A stretch of 64,000 nt of DNA from Candidatus Multivoradales bacterium (GTDB taxonomy: Bacteria; Acidobacteriota; Thermoanaerobaculia; Multivoradales; Multivoraceae), in contig CBDCWI010000001.1 of NCBI GenBank assembly GCA_965223325.1, forward strand, positions 1,312,001 through 1,376,000, in the 5' to 3' direction. Of the stretch, positions 1-8,888 are shown piece after piece. The notes below the pieces were generated by a model. It had not been told where the DNA came from, searched no databases, and was given only the letters and a program-made list of their open reading frames with translations. The translations under genes and the position numbers were made by a program. Position 1 is the first letter of the stretch, and every line of letters begins with the position of its first letter.

Positions 1-607
1 TGCCGTGAAAGGCCTCGAATGGCCCCATCGGTACGTGCCACACCATCTCACCATCGAAATCGAGTGCCATCAGACCGCTGTTGCCGAAGTAGACGTACAG
101 GCGCTCGCCGTCGGTCGTGGGTGTCGAGCTGGCGTGGCCATTCTTGGGATAGGCACGCTCGGGCGCAGCCTCCGGCACGGCGGTCTTCCAGAGCAGCGCA
201 CCGTCGGTGCGTCTAAAGGCCAGCACCTCGCGCGCCTGCCCACCGCGGTACGCCGTGGTGAGAAAGATCCGGTCACCGTGCACGATGGGCGACGAATTGC
301 CGCTGCCCGGCACCTCGGTGCGCCAAAGGACGTTCTCAGTCGCCGACCAGCGCGTCGGGTAGGCGCGCTCCGGATCGGACGGAGCGTCAACCAGCCCCTG
401 ACCCGAAGGCCCCCGCCAGCGCGGCCAGCCAAGCTCGCCTTCGACCTCGGCCGGAATCATCAGAGCGGTCGGTGGAGCGTCGGGCGAAGGCGCCGCAGCT
501 CCAACGGCCTCCTCGCCACCCGCAGAAGGTTGGCAAGAGAGCAAGAGGGCTGCGATGAAGCCGGCGGAGCAACGCGACAAGGGCCAAGCGGACTTCTCGA
601 AGGTCAT
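1..607 (-). CDS. PQQ-binding-like beta-propeller (BamB-like) putative lipoprotein; 3' end runs off the window
   Basis: Read manually because it is absent from the ORF track: MTFEKSAWPLSRCSAGFIAALLLSC (lipobox-like), then WPRWRGPSGQG, NVLWRTEVPGSGNSSPIVHGDRIFLTTA and ASSTPTTDGERLYVYFG, typical of PQQ-like propeller repeats. Confidence 0.85.
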   Translation of the reverse strand, partial: MTFEKSAWPLSRCSAGFIAALLLSCQPSAGGEEAVGAAAPSPDAPPTALMIPAEVEGELGWPRWRGPSGQGLVDAPSDPERAYPTRWSATENVLWRTEVPGSGNSSPIVHGDRIFLTTAYRGGQAREVLAFRRTDGALLWKTAVPEAAPERAYPKNGHASSTPTTDGERLYVYFGNSGLMALDFDGEMVWHVPMGPFEAFHG

Positions 608-697
608 AGGCGAACTCCCTGGAGGGTGACTCCTGGGAGGATATCGACTCAGAAGGGGCGGCGTAGGACCGCTGGGGCGCGGGGACCAACGCCTCGA

Positions 698-2383
698 CTA
701 GCGGTGCGTCGTGCCAGACGAGGCCGCTGACCAGAAGCGCAGATCTCCATGCTCGAAGTTGGCGACGAACAGGCGCTCCGGCGGATCGACGTGAATCGTG
801 ATCGGAACTTCGTCGAAAAAGGCGCGATCGTCGACAAGGCGGGTGCTCTTGTAGACCAACGCCAACGAACGACCGTCCAACAGGCTGTCGGGAATCGACA
901 GTTCGAGGGTGAAGTCATGACCGTCGGCAATCGCGCTGACCGTCGCGGCATAGTCGGCGCCGAACAGCGCATGCCGCTCGCCGTCGACCGAAAGCTCGAC
1001 GTCGTCGAGGCGTACGCCACCGGGCATATGACGCGTCCCGGTCTCGATCACCATCTGCGTCATGCCCTCCTCGAGGCCAACCGGCGAACGACCGGAGTGC
1101 CGGCGCATGCGGCACGGGACGCAGAACTCGGAACCCGGCGTGGGCAGATTGGTTTCACGCATCAACTCCTGACGACTGATCGGAAGCTCGTCGACAAGCG
1201 CCGTCTTCGAAACCGTCACGCTATGCGCCGGGTCTGGATAGCTCTGTACTTCGAAGACCGTATCGTCGAAGCCCAGGGCGATCGACAGCATGTCGTCGAT
1301 GTGATCGAAGCGTGAATCGAGAAACGGCGTGCCGTTGGCAGCCAGGTAGAAGCCATCCTGGGCCCAGACTACCGAGAGGGGCCTGCCAGCCTCGCCCATC
1401 GCAAACCATGACGCCAGCGACCCAGGAGAGCGATCTTCCCAACGTGTCAGCCAACCCGAGAGGAAGGCCGCCGAGAACGACGACCCTGGCGAGACCGGCT
1501 GGTAGAGGTCGGCCTCTTCGTCGATCAGCGCGAGACCCGAGCCGGGAATCAGAGCGTCGAAGCCGCCGGGCGTCGCCCGTGTTGGAACAGAAGAGAGCCC
1601 GTTCTGGGAGAAGTCCGTCATGTCGAGCATGCCAACGGCAATGGTCGACGGATCCGATGCCGGGAAGAGCAGCTCGTCGTGGTTGCCGGCCGCCGCGACC
1701 AGCGCGATCCCGCGTTCGTTGTGCAGGAACGCCATCAGCTTGCTCAGCTCGCAGGGAATCGAGTCGGGGGTCGCACAAGGTTCTTCGTCGAGCAGACGCC
1801 CGAAGCTCATGTTGATGACCTGCGGAAGCAGATCCCACTGGTGGTCATCGGCGATGCCACACAGTGACTCGAGGAAATGTAGGTCACTTGCGTCAGGAAT
1901 GTCTTCGAGCGCCGGCACCTTGGTGGTCTCGAGGAACTCGAAGTAGAGAAAACTCTCATGGTTCGAGGACCAGCGTGCGACCTTGTTGACCCAGAAGCCG
2001 TGCGAGCCCGTGAAGAAATCGACAATTGGAATGTCATCGACCAGGCCGGCGCGCGACGGGTTGTCGAAGGCACTTCGCCCCGGCATTTCGTTCGAACTGA
2101 CATCGGGTGCCAGGACCAGTGGCTGCGCCGTACCGGAAGCGACCGGCAAACAGCCGGGGGAACGCGCCGAGGCACCGAACTCATACTGACCGAACTCGCC
2201 GCAGGTCAGCGTACTCGCCGAGCGTGCAGTGCAGACCGAATCAACGCGCGCCCACGACACTGGCTCCTGGGCCTGGAGGGGCGAGAGGACCAGCAGTAGC
2301 GAGCCGCCAACGCACAAGAGGGCTCGCGGCACGAGGCGCCGGCAGGCGCCGGAGAGGGGCAAGTGAATCAAGGGGCAAAACAA
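698..2383 (-). CDS. Secreted S8 (subtilase)-like serine peptidase with C-terminal FExG...WS tag
   Basis: Signal peptide; IVDFFTGSHG, VINMSFG, AAAGN and GSSFSAA match subtilase motifs; ends LFVANFEHGDLRFWS. Confidence 0.7.
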   Translation of the reverse strand: MFCPLIHLPLSGACRRLVPRALLCVGGSLLLVLSPLQAQEPVSWARVDSVCTARSASTLTCGEFGQYEFGASARSPGCLPVASGTAQPLVLAPDVSSNEMPGRSAFDNPSRAGLVDDIPIVDFFTGSHGFWVNKVARWSSNHESFLYFEFLETTKVPALEDIPDASDLHFLESLCGIADDHQWDLLPQVINMSFGRLLDEEPCATPDSIPCELSKLMAFLHNERGIALVAAAGNHDELLFPASDPSTIAVGMLDMTDFSQNGLSSVPTRATPGGFDALIPGSGLALIDEEADLYQPVSPGSSFSAAFLSGWLTRWEDRSPGSLASWFAMGEAGRPLSVVWAQDGFYLAANGTPFLDSRFDHIDDMLSIALGFDDTVFEVQSYPDPAHSVTVSKTALVDELPISRQELMRETNLPTPGSEFCVPCRMRRHSGRSPVGLEEGMTQMVIETGTRHMPGGVRLDDVELSVDGERHALFGADYAATVSAIADGHDFTLELSIPDSLLDGRSLALVYKSTRLVDDRAFFDEVPITIHVDPPERLFVANFEHGDLRFWSAASSGTTHR

Positions 2384-2591
2384 GAAAGAGAATCAACAAA
2401 GAGCCATCACGACACCCGGGGGACTCACCGAGTCCCGAGGTCCTATCGGCCGCGCTACAACCAATCCAACATTGTATCATGGATATATAGCTAATATCTA
2501 ATGAATTCGGCAATCTGGCCAGGACAACCCATGGCGGGTAGCATCCGCGCGCAGCCATCCTCCCCCTCAGCTACCGCGAGAGCCCTTCGCC

Positions 2592-3377
2592 ATGGACTTT
2601 CTGACCCTCGACAACCTCGTCACCCTGGCCCTTCTAACCCTTCTCCAGGCCGTTCTGGGCTTCGACAACCTGCTCTACATCTCGCTCGAGTCGAAGCGCG
2701 CTCCGGTCGAAAAGCAGGCCTGGGTCCGCAGAATGGGCATCGCCATCGCGATCATCGCCCGGATCATCCTGCTCTTCCTCCTGGTCAACCTGATCAGCTA
2801 CTTCCAGGACCCGCTCTTTGACGTTCACCTGGGCTCCTTCGTCGAGGGCACGTTCAATCTGCATAGCCTGATCGTGCTCGCCGGCGGTGTGATGATCATG
2901 TACACGGCGACCAAGGAGATCTGGCACATGCTCAGTCTCGAGCACGCCGAGGAGGAGGACAAAGGCGAACGCTCGGTCGGGTCGATCGTCTTCTGGATCG
3001 TGCTCATGAACCTGGTGTTCTCGTTCGATTCGATCCTCAGTGCGATCGCTCTCACCGATGTGTTCTGGGTCATGGCCACCGCCATCATTGCCAGCGGCCT
3101 GATGATGATCTACCTCGCCGACACGGTGTCGGAGTTCTTGACCAGGAACCGGATGTACGAAGTGCTCGGTCTGTTCGTGCTTTTCATCGTCGGCATCATG
3201 CTGCTCTCCGAGGGTGGCCACCTGGCGCACCTGCACTTCTTCGGCAAAGAAATCGTGGCCATGGGCAAGGCGACGTTCTACTTCGTCATCGGCACTCTGG
3301 TGGTCGTCGAGATCGTGCAAAGCCGCTACCAGCGCAAGCTGTTGGCCAAGAAACAGCACGCCGCGGCCAGGAGCTAG
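2592..3377 (+). CDS. TerC family integral membrane protein
   Basis: LQAVLGFDNLLYI and NLVFSFDSILSA motifs, several TM helices. Confidence 0.92.
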   Translation: MDFLTLDNLVTLALLTLLQAVLGFDNLLYISLESKRAPVEKQAWVRRMGIAIAIIARIILLFLLVNLISYFQDPLFDVHLGSFVEGTFNLHSLIVLAGGVMIMYTATKEIWHMLSLEHAEEEDKGERSVGSIVFWIVLMNLVFSFDSILSAIALTDVFWVMATAIIASGLMMIYLADTVSEFLTRNRMYEVLGLFVLFIVGIMLLSEGGHLAHLHFFGKEIVAMGKATFYFVIGTLVVVEIVQSRYQRKLLAKKQHAAARS

Positions 3378-3382
3378 TTGCC

Positions 3383-4345
3383 TCAGGCGCCCGGATACGA
3401 CGACTGGGTTCCGGGCCGACAGACCGACTCGCTGGCGTAGGCGACGGCTGCGGCCAGGGCGCGCGCAAGCTTTTGTGGTGCGTGCCAATCGAGCGGCAGG
3501 TCACCGAGAAGCGCTGCTGCGAGGGCACCGTTCCAGGCGTCACCAGCGCCCGTCGTGTCGATTGCCTGGACACTGGGGGCGGGCTCTTCAATGACTTGTT
3601 CGCCGAGTACCGCCAGCGCACCATGCGCACCGCGGGTGATGGCGACCAGGCTTCCGGTGTCTCGCGCGAGCTCACGGGCCGCGGCCGCCGTCTGGTCCCG
3701 GCTCGCGGCATCGAAACCACGACTCAAGAGACCGGCGGCTTCGACCTCGTTGGGCGTGACAAGAGCCGCCTGAGCGAGATCGAAAGGCGCCACGCTCCCG
3801 GCTGGGAAGGGCGCCGGGTTCCACACCAGCGGTACTCTCGCGATACTGGCGCGGCGGGCGACGGCAGCAATCGTCGCACCCGGGATCTCGTTGGGCATCA
3901 AAACCAGGTCGGCGTCTTCGACGGGCACCCCGGCCACCACCTCGGGGAGCAGCGCGAGGTTGGCGCCGGGTGCCGACAAGATGCGGTTCTGGCCCGTCGT
4001 CTCCTCGACCCACACCGCAGACGTACCGGTCGCACTACCCGGGACTACGACCAGGTGGGTGGTATCGATGCCCTCGCTCTCGAGCACCCCCCTTTGAATG
4101 CGGCCGAAGGCATCGTCTCCGATCGCTCCGGCAAACACGACGCGCAGATCGAGGCCGGCACGTTTCGCCGAGCGGGCGGCAGCAACCGCCTGGTTCGCAC
4201 CCTTGCCGCCAGGCGACTCGTAGAACACAGCCCCCACCACGCTCTCGCCTGCCTGCGGCAGTCGCTCATGGCGAAACATCAGGTCGTAGTTGACCGACCC
4301 CACCACCAGAAGCGTTGGCCGGGATGCTCTGGAAGTCTCGCCCAT
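3383..4345 (-). CDS. rbsK: Ribokinase (PfkB family)
   Basis: VVGSVNYD, PGGKGANQAVAAAR, PNEVEA, DTTGAGDAW. Confidence 0.9.
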   Translation of the reverse strand: MGETSRASRPTLLVVGSVNYDLMFRHERLPQAGESVVGAVFYESPGGKGANQAVAAARSAKRAGLDLRVVFAGAIGDDAFGRIQRGVLESEGIDTTHLVVVPGSATGTSAVWVEETTGQNRILSAPGANLALLPEVVAGVPVEDADLVLMPNEIPGATIAAVARRASIARVPLVWNPAPFPAGSVAPFDLAQAALVTPNEVEAAGLLSRGFDAASRDQTAAAARELARDTGSLVAITRGAHGALAVLGEQVIEEPAPSVQAIDTTGAGDAWNGALAAALLGDLPLDWHAPQKLARALAAAVAYASESVCRPGTQSSYPGA

Positions 4346-4353
4346 GACGACCC

Positions 4354-5334
4354 CTACTCGTAGACCTCGAGGTCGCGCGCCGTAGAGACCTGCCCGTTCC
4401 AGCGCTCCTTGACCTCTAGCACCATTTGCGCGTCGTCCTCACCCCAGTAGAGCTGGTGGTAGAGGACCAGCCGCCGCGGCTCAGCCCGACGTGCAATCTC
4501 GCCGACCTGGTGGGTCGAGGTGTGATTGGCGGCGTGGTAGCGCTGCCAGACAGCATTTCGACGACTGAAGCCGGCCACCGAGTAGGCCTCGTGAAAGAGT
4601 AGGTCACAGCCCTTGGCCGCCTCAATCAACGCCTCGCTAACGGCGGTGTCACCCGATATGACGATCGTCTTGGTTCTGCCGTCGCCGCCTGGAGGCGGAA
4701 CGGTGAACTTGTAGCCCAGTGCGAGCGGCCAGGAACCATGCGCGACTTCGATCGCCTCGACCTTGACCTCCGGTGTATCGAGGACGACACCGGCGCCCTC
4801 GACCTCATGGACGACGGTCCGGTAACCCGAACGGTTGGCGGGCTCGAGCCCGAACAGGCGCATATGAACGTCTTCTTGCCATGCGGCCTGAATGTGCTCG
4901 ACCATGCGCGCCGTACCGGGCGGTCCCCAGATCTCGAGTGGGCGCTGGCGTTCGAGCACCCATGGGGAGAAGATCAAGTCCGGCAGGCCGAGTGTGTGAT
5001 CGGAATGCAGGTGGGTCAGGAAAAGCCGGTCGAGATTCGGTGAGGCGAGCTGGGTCACCCCGCGAGCCTCGGCCGCCGCCGCGCGCCGAACGACGCCCGG
5101 ACCCGCATCGACGAGCAGCGCGCGCTCGCCAGCGATCACCGCTACCGCCGGGCCGGAACGTTCCGGATCCGCGTTGGGAGTGCCGGTACCGAGCATCACC
5201 ACACCAGCGCCGATAGTGCTCTCGCCGTCTCGTGCACCTAACGCGGAAAACGCCGACGCCGACGCCACGAGCGCCAGCAGAAGAGTTCTGCTAAAGGCAG
5301 CGCTGCAAGGGCGGAGGATCGGCATCGGCCCCAT
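4354..5334 (-). CDS. Secreted MBL-fold metallohydrolase (RNase Z/arylsulfatase-like)
   Basis: LGTGTP, LVDAG, THLHSDH, SGDT and HEAY motifs after a signal peptide. The start is placed at MGPMP; the longer ORF overlaps nthB. Confidence 0.88.
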   Translation of the reverse strand: MGPMPILRPCSAAFSRTLLLALVASASAFSALGARDGESTIGAGVVMLGTGTPNADPERSGPAVAVIAGERALLVDAGPGVVRRAAAAEARGVTQLASPNLDRLFLTHLHSDHTLGLPDLIFSPWVLERQRPLEIWGPPGTARMVEHIQAAWQEDVHMRLFGLEPANRSGYRTVVHEVEGAGVVLDTPEVKVEAIEVAHGSWPLALGYKFTVPPPGGDGRTKTIVISGDTAVSEALIEAAKGCDLLFHEAYSVAGFSRRNAVWQRYHAANHTSTHQVGEIARRAEPRRLVLYHQLYWGEDDAQMVLEVKERWNGQVSTARDLEVYE

Positions 5335-5406
5335 CGTACCCGCTGTTGGAGCCGGACTCCGCGAGTCAGTGGCCGAAGACCCCCGGGTCCCGCTACGCTC
5401 GGGTGC

Positions 5407-6084
5407 ATGGACGGAATCCACGACATGGGCGGCATGCATGGCTTCGGCGACGTACCGTTTCGCGCTGCCTACGAAAATGAACCACTGTTTCCCGAGCGCT
5501 GGCAGTCGCGCGTGTTTGCGCTGACCAACCTCGTCCTCGGCACCGGAATGGCCAACGTCGACTGTTTCCGCCACGCCGTCGAGAGGGTCGTACCCCAGCG
5601 CTACCTCGAGCACGGCTACTACGGCCGCTGGCTCGCCGGCCTCGAGCAACTGCTGGTCGAGAAAGGGGCCTTGAGCGAGCGCGAGCTCGCCGATCGCATC
5701 GCTTCCGTCATTCGAGACGGAGCACCTAGAGCGCCGGCCGGCGAAGCCCCGCGTCTCGAGTTGCGTGACCCAACCGTTTTCCGCCGGCTCGACCGGCCAC
5801 CGCGCTTTCAAACCGGAGACCGAGTGCGGACGGCCCGCGATGCTTCCCCCGGCCATACCCGCCTGCCACGCTATGCACGCGACCGGGTCGGCGAGATCCG
5901 GCGCGTATACCCCGCGTGCGTCTTCCCGGACACCAACGCCCACGATGAGGGTGAACAGCCGCAGTACCTCTACTCCGTCCAGTTTCGAGGTGAAGAGCTC
6001 TGGGGCAACGAGAGTGAACCCGGGGTAAAGGTGGCACTCGATCTCTTTGAGCCCTATCTCTCCCAGCGAGGCATCGAACAGTGA
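5407..6084 (+). CDS. nthB: Nitrile hydratase beta subunit
   Basis: [15 protein letters not shown]-terminus, [19 protein letters not shown]...DLFEPYL. Confidence 0.96.
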   Translation: MDGIHDMGGMHGFGDVPFRAAYENEPLFPERWQSRVFALTNLVLGTGMANVDCFRHAVERVVPQRYLEHGYYGRWLAGLEQLLVEKGALSERELADRIASVIRDGAPRAPAGEAPRLELRDPTVFRRLDRPPRFQTGDRVRTARDASPGHTRLPRYARDRVGEIRRVYPACVFPDTNAHDEGEQPQYLYSVQFRGEELWGNESEPGVKVALDLFEPYLSQRGIEQ

Positions 6085-6701
6085 ATGAGCACCATGAGCA
6101 TGACCACGGCCACTCCCACGATCCCGAGGAGCCAGCGATCCGCGCCGAAGCAATCGAATCCCTGTTGATTGAGAAAGGGCTGGTGGCAGCACCTGCGATC
6201 GACGCCATCATCGCCCGCTACGAGAACGACATCGGCCCCATGAACGGCGCCCGTGTCGTCGCCCGGGCGTGGACCGATCCTGCTTTCAAGAAGCGCCTGC
6301 TCGAGGACGGGACCGCAGCCGTCGCCGACTTCGGCTTCGAAGGCGGCGGCCAGATGGACTGCTTGGTGGTCAAGGAGAACACGCCCAGCGTTCACAACGT
6401 CGTCTGCTGCACGCTCTGCTCCTGCTATCCGTGGGCGGTGCTCGGATTGCCGCCGGCCTGGTACAAGGACCCTGCCTATCGCTCACGGATCGTGCGCGAG
6501 CCGCGTCGGGTGCTTGCTGAAATGGGCCTGGCGATCGACCCGCAAGTGGCGGTGCGGGTCTGGGACTCGAGCGCCGAGGTGCGTTACCTGGTGCTACCCG
6601 AACGACCCGCTCTGACCGCCGATTGGAACGAAGAGCAGCTCGCCGAGATCATCACTCGCGACGCGATGATCGGCGTCGCCCATGTAACAACGGCATCGTG
6701 A
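6081..6701 (+). CDS. nthA: Nitrile hydratase alpha subunit, cobalt type
   Basis: Metal-binding [11 protein letters not shown] (Thr/Tyr indicates Co type), [19 protein letters not shown]; the start overlaps the nthB stop (GTGA). Confidence 0.97.
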   Translation: MNEHHEHDHGHSHDPEEPAIRAEAIESLLIEKGLVAAPAIDAIIARYENDIGPMNGARVVARAWTDPAFKKRLLEDGTAAVADFGFEGGGQMDCLVVKENTPSVHNVVCCTLCSCYPWAVLGLPPAWYKDPAYRSRIVREPRRVLAEMGLAIDPQVAVRVWDSSAEVRYLVLPERPALTADWNEEQLAEIITRDAMIGVAHVTTAS

Positions 6702-7054
6702 GCGGGCCCGCCAACAGAACCGCCGGCGGCCTGACCGTGTCAGGACCCGCTGCACCGCCGCGCCAAAACGGCGAGCTGATGTTCGAAGCCCCTTGGGAGA
6801 GCCGCACCTTCGGACTCGCCGCAGCCCTGGTCGAGAGCGGTGTCTTGACCTGGCCTCAGATGCAAGAGGCGTTGATTGCCGAGATCGCCCGCTGGGAGGC
6901 CTCAGACGACAGCACGTGTGGCCCTTGGCACTACTGGACGTGCTGGCAGCGCGCGCTCGAAACGCTGTTGGTGGAGCTAGACCTTCTCCCCGCGACAGCG
7001 GTTACCGAGCGCGCCGTGCACTTTGCCAACCGCCCGCATGGTCACGACCACTGA
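6698..7054 (+). CDS. Nitrile hydratase accessory/activator protein
   Basis: [32 protein letters not shown] and a His-rich tail; GTG overlaps the nthA stop. Confidence 0.9.
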   Translation: MSGPANRTAGGLTVSGPAAPPRQNGELMFEAPWESRTFGLAAALVESGVLTWPQMQEALIAEIARWEASDDSTCGPWHYWTCWQRALETLLVELDLLPATAVTERAVHFANRPHGHDH

Positions 7055-7086
7055 GCACGATCACCGGAGAGGCCGGACAGGGGCCT

Positions 7087-7806
7087 TCACGATCCGACGT
7101 TCGCCGACCACAGGCCGAGGTCGCCGGTCTCGAAGTCGTTGCCCCACAGGCAGTCGCCGACGCTGAAGTTCGATCCGAAGTTGATGGTGAAGGTCGCTGC
7201 GCCCGGGGTCAGGGCGTAGTCGGCTGTGTTCTCGGTGCTCATGGCATTGGCCGCGCCCTGAAACTCGAGCGCCTGGTTGGTCGACGAAGGGAGGGGTCCA
7301 GGAAACGCCATGCCGAAGTCGCCATCGTCATCGTTGGTCAGAAGACCACTGTTCGAACCCGTGTAGTGAGCACCACCCCACGCCAGCGACCAATAGACAC
7401 TGCCGTTCTTTTCGAAGGTGAGCCGCCCGGCTCTCAGGTAGTCAGCGGGAATTGGCGTCTCGAGGAAAAAGTCGGCCAGGGCACCTCCGACCATCAGGTT
7501 CATGTCGACTGTGAGAATGCGCGAGCCGGCACTCGCACCACTCACGTCGTCTCCGAACACCACCAGCACGACCGGATTCAAGCCAAGCGCGTCGTAGGCG
7601 ACCAACCGGGTCCCGGTGATTTCGTTCTGCCCGCCCGAGCGCATGCGCAGCTGAATGACCTGCTGCGTGGTGTCGCCACAAATGCCGCCAATCGCCTGCT
7701 CGATCTGCATCAGGTGAAACGACGCGTGCGCCGTCGGGGGAATCGAGGCCAGAGACACAAGAAAGAGGGCGTGCAAACAGAGGGTGGCTAGCGCTTTGCG
7801 ATTCAA
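7087..7806 (-). CDS. Secreted hypothetical protein with C-terminal FExG...WS tag
   Basis: Signal peptide ending AHA, then FHLMQIEQAIGG; ends LWGNDFETGDLGLWS. The TTG start is uncertain. Confidence 0.75.
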   Translation of the reverse strand: MNRKALATLCLHALFLVSLASIPPTAHASFHLMQIEQAIGGICGDTTQQVIQLRMRSGGQNEITGTRLVAYDALGLNPVVLVVFGDDVSGASAGSRILTVDMNLMVGGALADFFLETPIPADYLRAGRLTFEKNGSVYWSLAWGGAHYTGSNSGLLTNDDDGDFGMAFPGPLPSSTNQALEFQGAANAMSTENTADYALTPGAATFTINFGSNFSVGDCLWGNDFETGDLGLWSANVGS

Positions 7807-7959
7807 TCGAGTTCTCCCGGTTGTTCCCTCATCGAGGCTACTCCTACCACCGACGGGCTCGCGCAGGCGGCGGCTCGCCAAGAGTACCCCCGGTGTAGCC
7901 TCGGGACAGTCTTTGTCCCAGGCAGTTGTAGGGTTGCACAGCCCTGAGGAAACGGGCTG

Positions 7960-8733
7960 CTAGCCACTCGCCGAGCGCGCCGCGAGTGACTGACGGCCCG
8001 CGGCGACGATGGCACCCCGCTGGTTCTCAACCAGGACCACGACAGCGAGTGCAGCCATTTGCCAGCTTGGCTCGGTCGGCAACTCCGCTCTGACCGTCTC
8101 CGAGAGGCGGCGCTCGACTAGCGAACGCACAACGTGGTCATGTCGCAATTCGCGCCGGCTGTTTTCTCCGCTCGCGACCGCGGTTTCGAGCCCCGACTCG
8201 GTGACCGCCAGCAGAACTCGATGCGAAGTGTCGGAGAGCGCCGGGGGAACATCGACGCGCACTTCTAGTCTCGATTCGCTGCCCTCGGCCAACGCAACTT
8301 CGACCTCGAGTGCGACCAACCCCTGCTCTCCCTCGAGCGCGCGCTCGAGGGAAGCTCGATCGGAGCCCACGAAGTGTCGTAAACCGTTGACCACCAGCTG
8401 CGGCGTGTAGAGACGCCCACCGGCTAGCCGCCGAGCGTAGGCCTCCTGGCGGCCCGACCAACGAGCATCCGAGAAGGGATCCCGCCACCCGAGGTGGTTC
8501 CAATAATCGACGTGGAACGAGAGTGCGATCACCTTCGGCTGCTCCCCCACCGCCCGCAAGAGTCGATCGGCGGGCGGACAACTCGAGCAACCCTGGGAGG
8601 TGAAGAGCTCGAGAACAATCGGGCCACCCTCCGCTCGACCTTCGGAGAGGAGAGGTGCCCCTGGAGCCATCGTGGCCATCAGGAGCCCTAGCGCTGCGCC
8701 CATGGTGAGCAGAATCGATATTGCGGTCTTCAT
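7960..8733 (-). CDS. DUF1223 family thioredoxin-like secreted protein
   Basis: VLELFTSQGCSSCPPAD, FHVDYWNHLGWRDPFS, YTPQLVVNG. Confidence 0.92.
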   Translation of the reverse strand: MKTAISILLTMGAALGLLMATMAPGAPLLSEGRAEGGPIVLELFTSQGCSSCPPADRLLRAVGEQPKVIALSFHVDYWNHLGWRDPFSDARWSGRQEAYARRLAGGRLYTPQLVVNGLRHFVGSDRASLERALEGEQGLVALEVEVALAEGSESRLEVRVDVPPALSDTSHRVLLAVTESGLETAVASGENSRRELRHDHVVRSLVERRLSETVRAELPTEPSWQMAALAVVVLVENQRGAIVAAGRQSLAARSASG

Positions 8734-8888
8734 GGAGCCTCTGGTCGAGCACGGGTCAGGGTGATTGTGCGGCTCGGGGTTCAAACATCGGTACGCATTC
8801 GAAGAGCCTGTGGATTCGAGAGGCGCTTGATCCCATGCGCGAAAGGCCTCGATGCATCTTCGAATCGTCGAATAAAATGACGAGTCGG

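Noticed and set aside
5-730. 241-aa plus-strand ORF
   Set aside because: Antisense shadow of the PQQ-like propeller gene on the minus strand; Arg-rich with no motifs.
2520-2591. Possible yybP-ykoY (Mn) riboswitch upstream of terC
   Set aside because: Only a short GCGGGTAGC/GCTACCGC stem; the characteristic GGGGAGUA element is not evident and the leader is short.
5335-6192. N-terminal extension making the MBL hydrolase 612 aa
   Set aside because: It overlaps nthB/nthA on the opposite strand; the real protein begins at the signal peptide near 5334.
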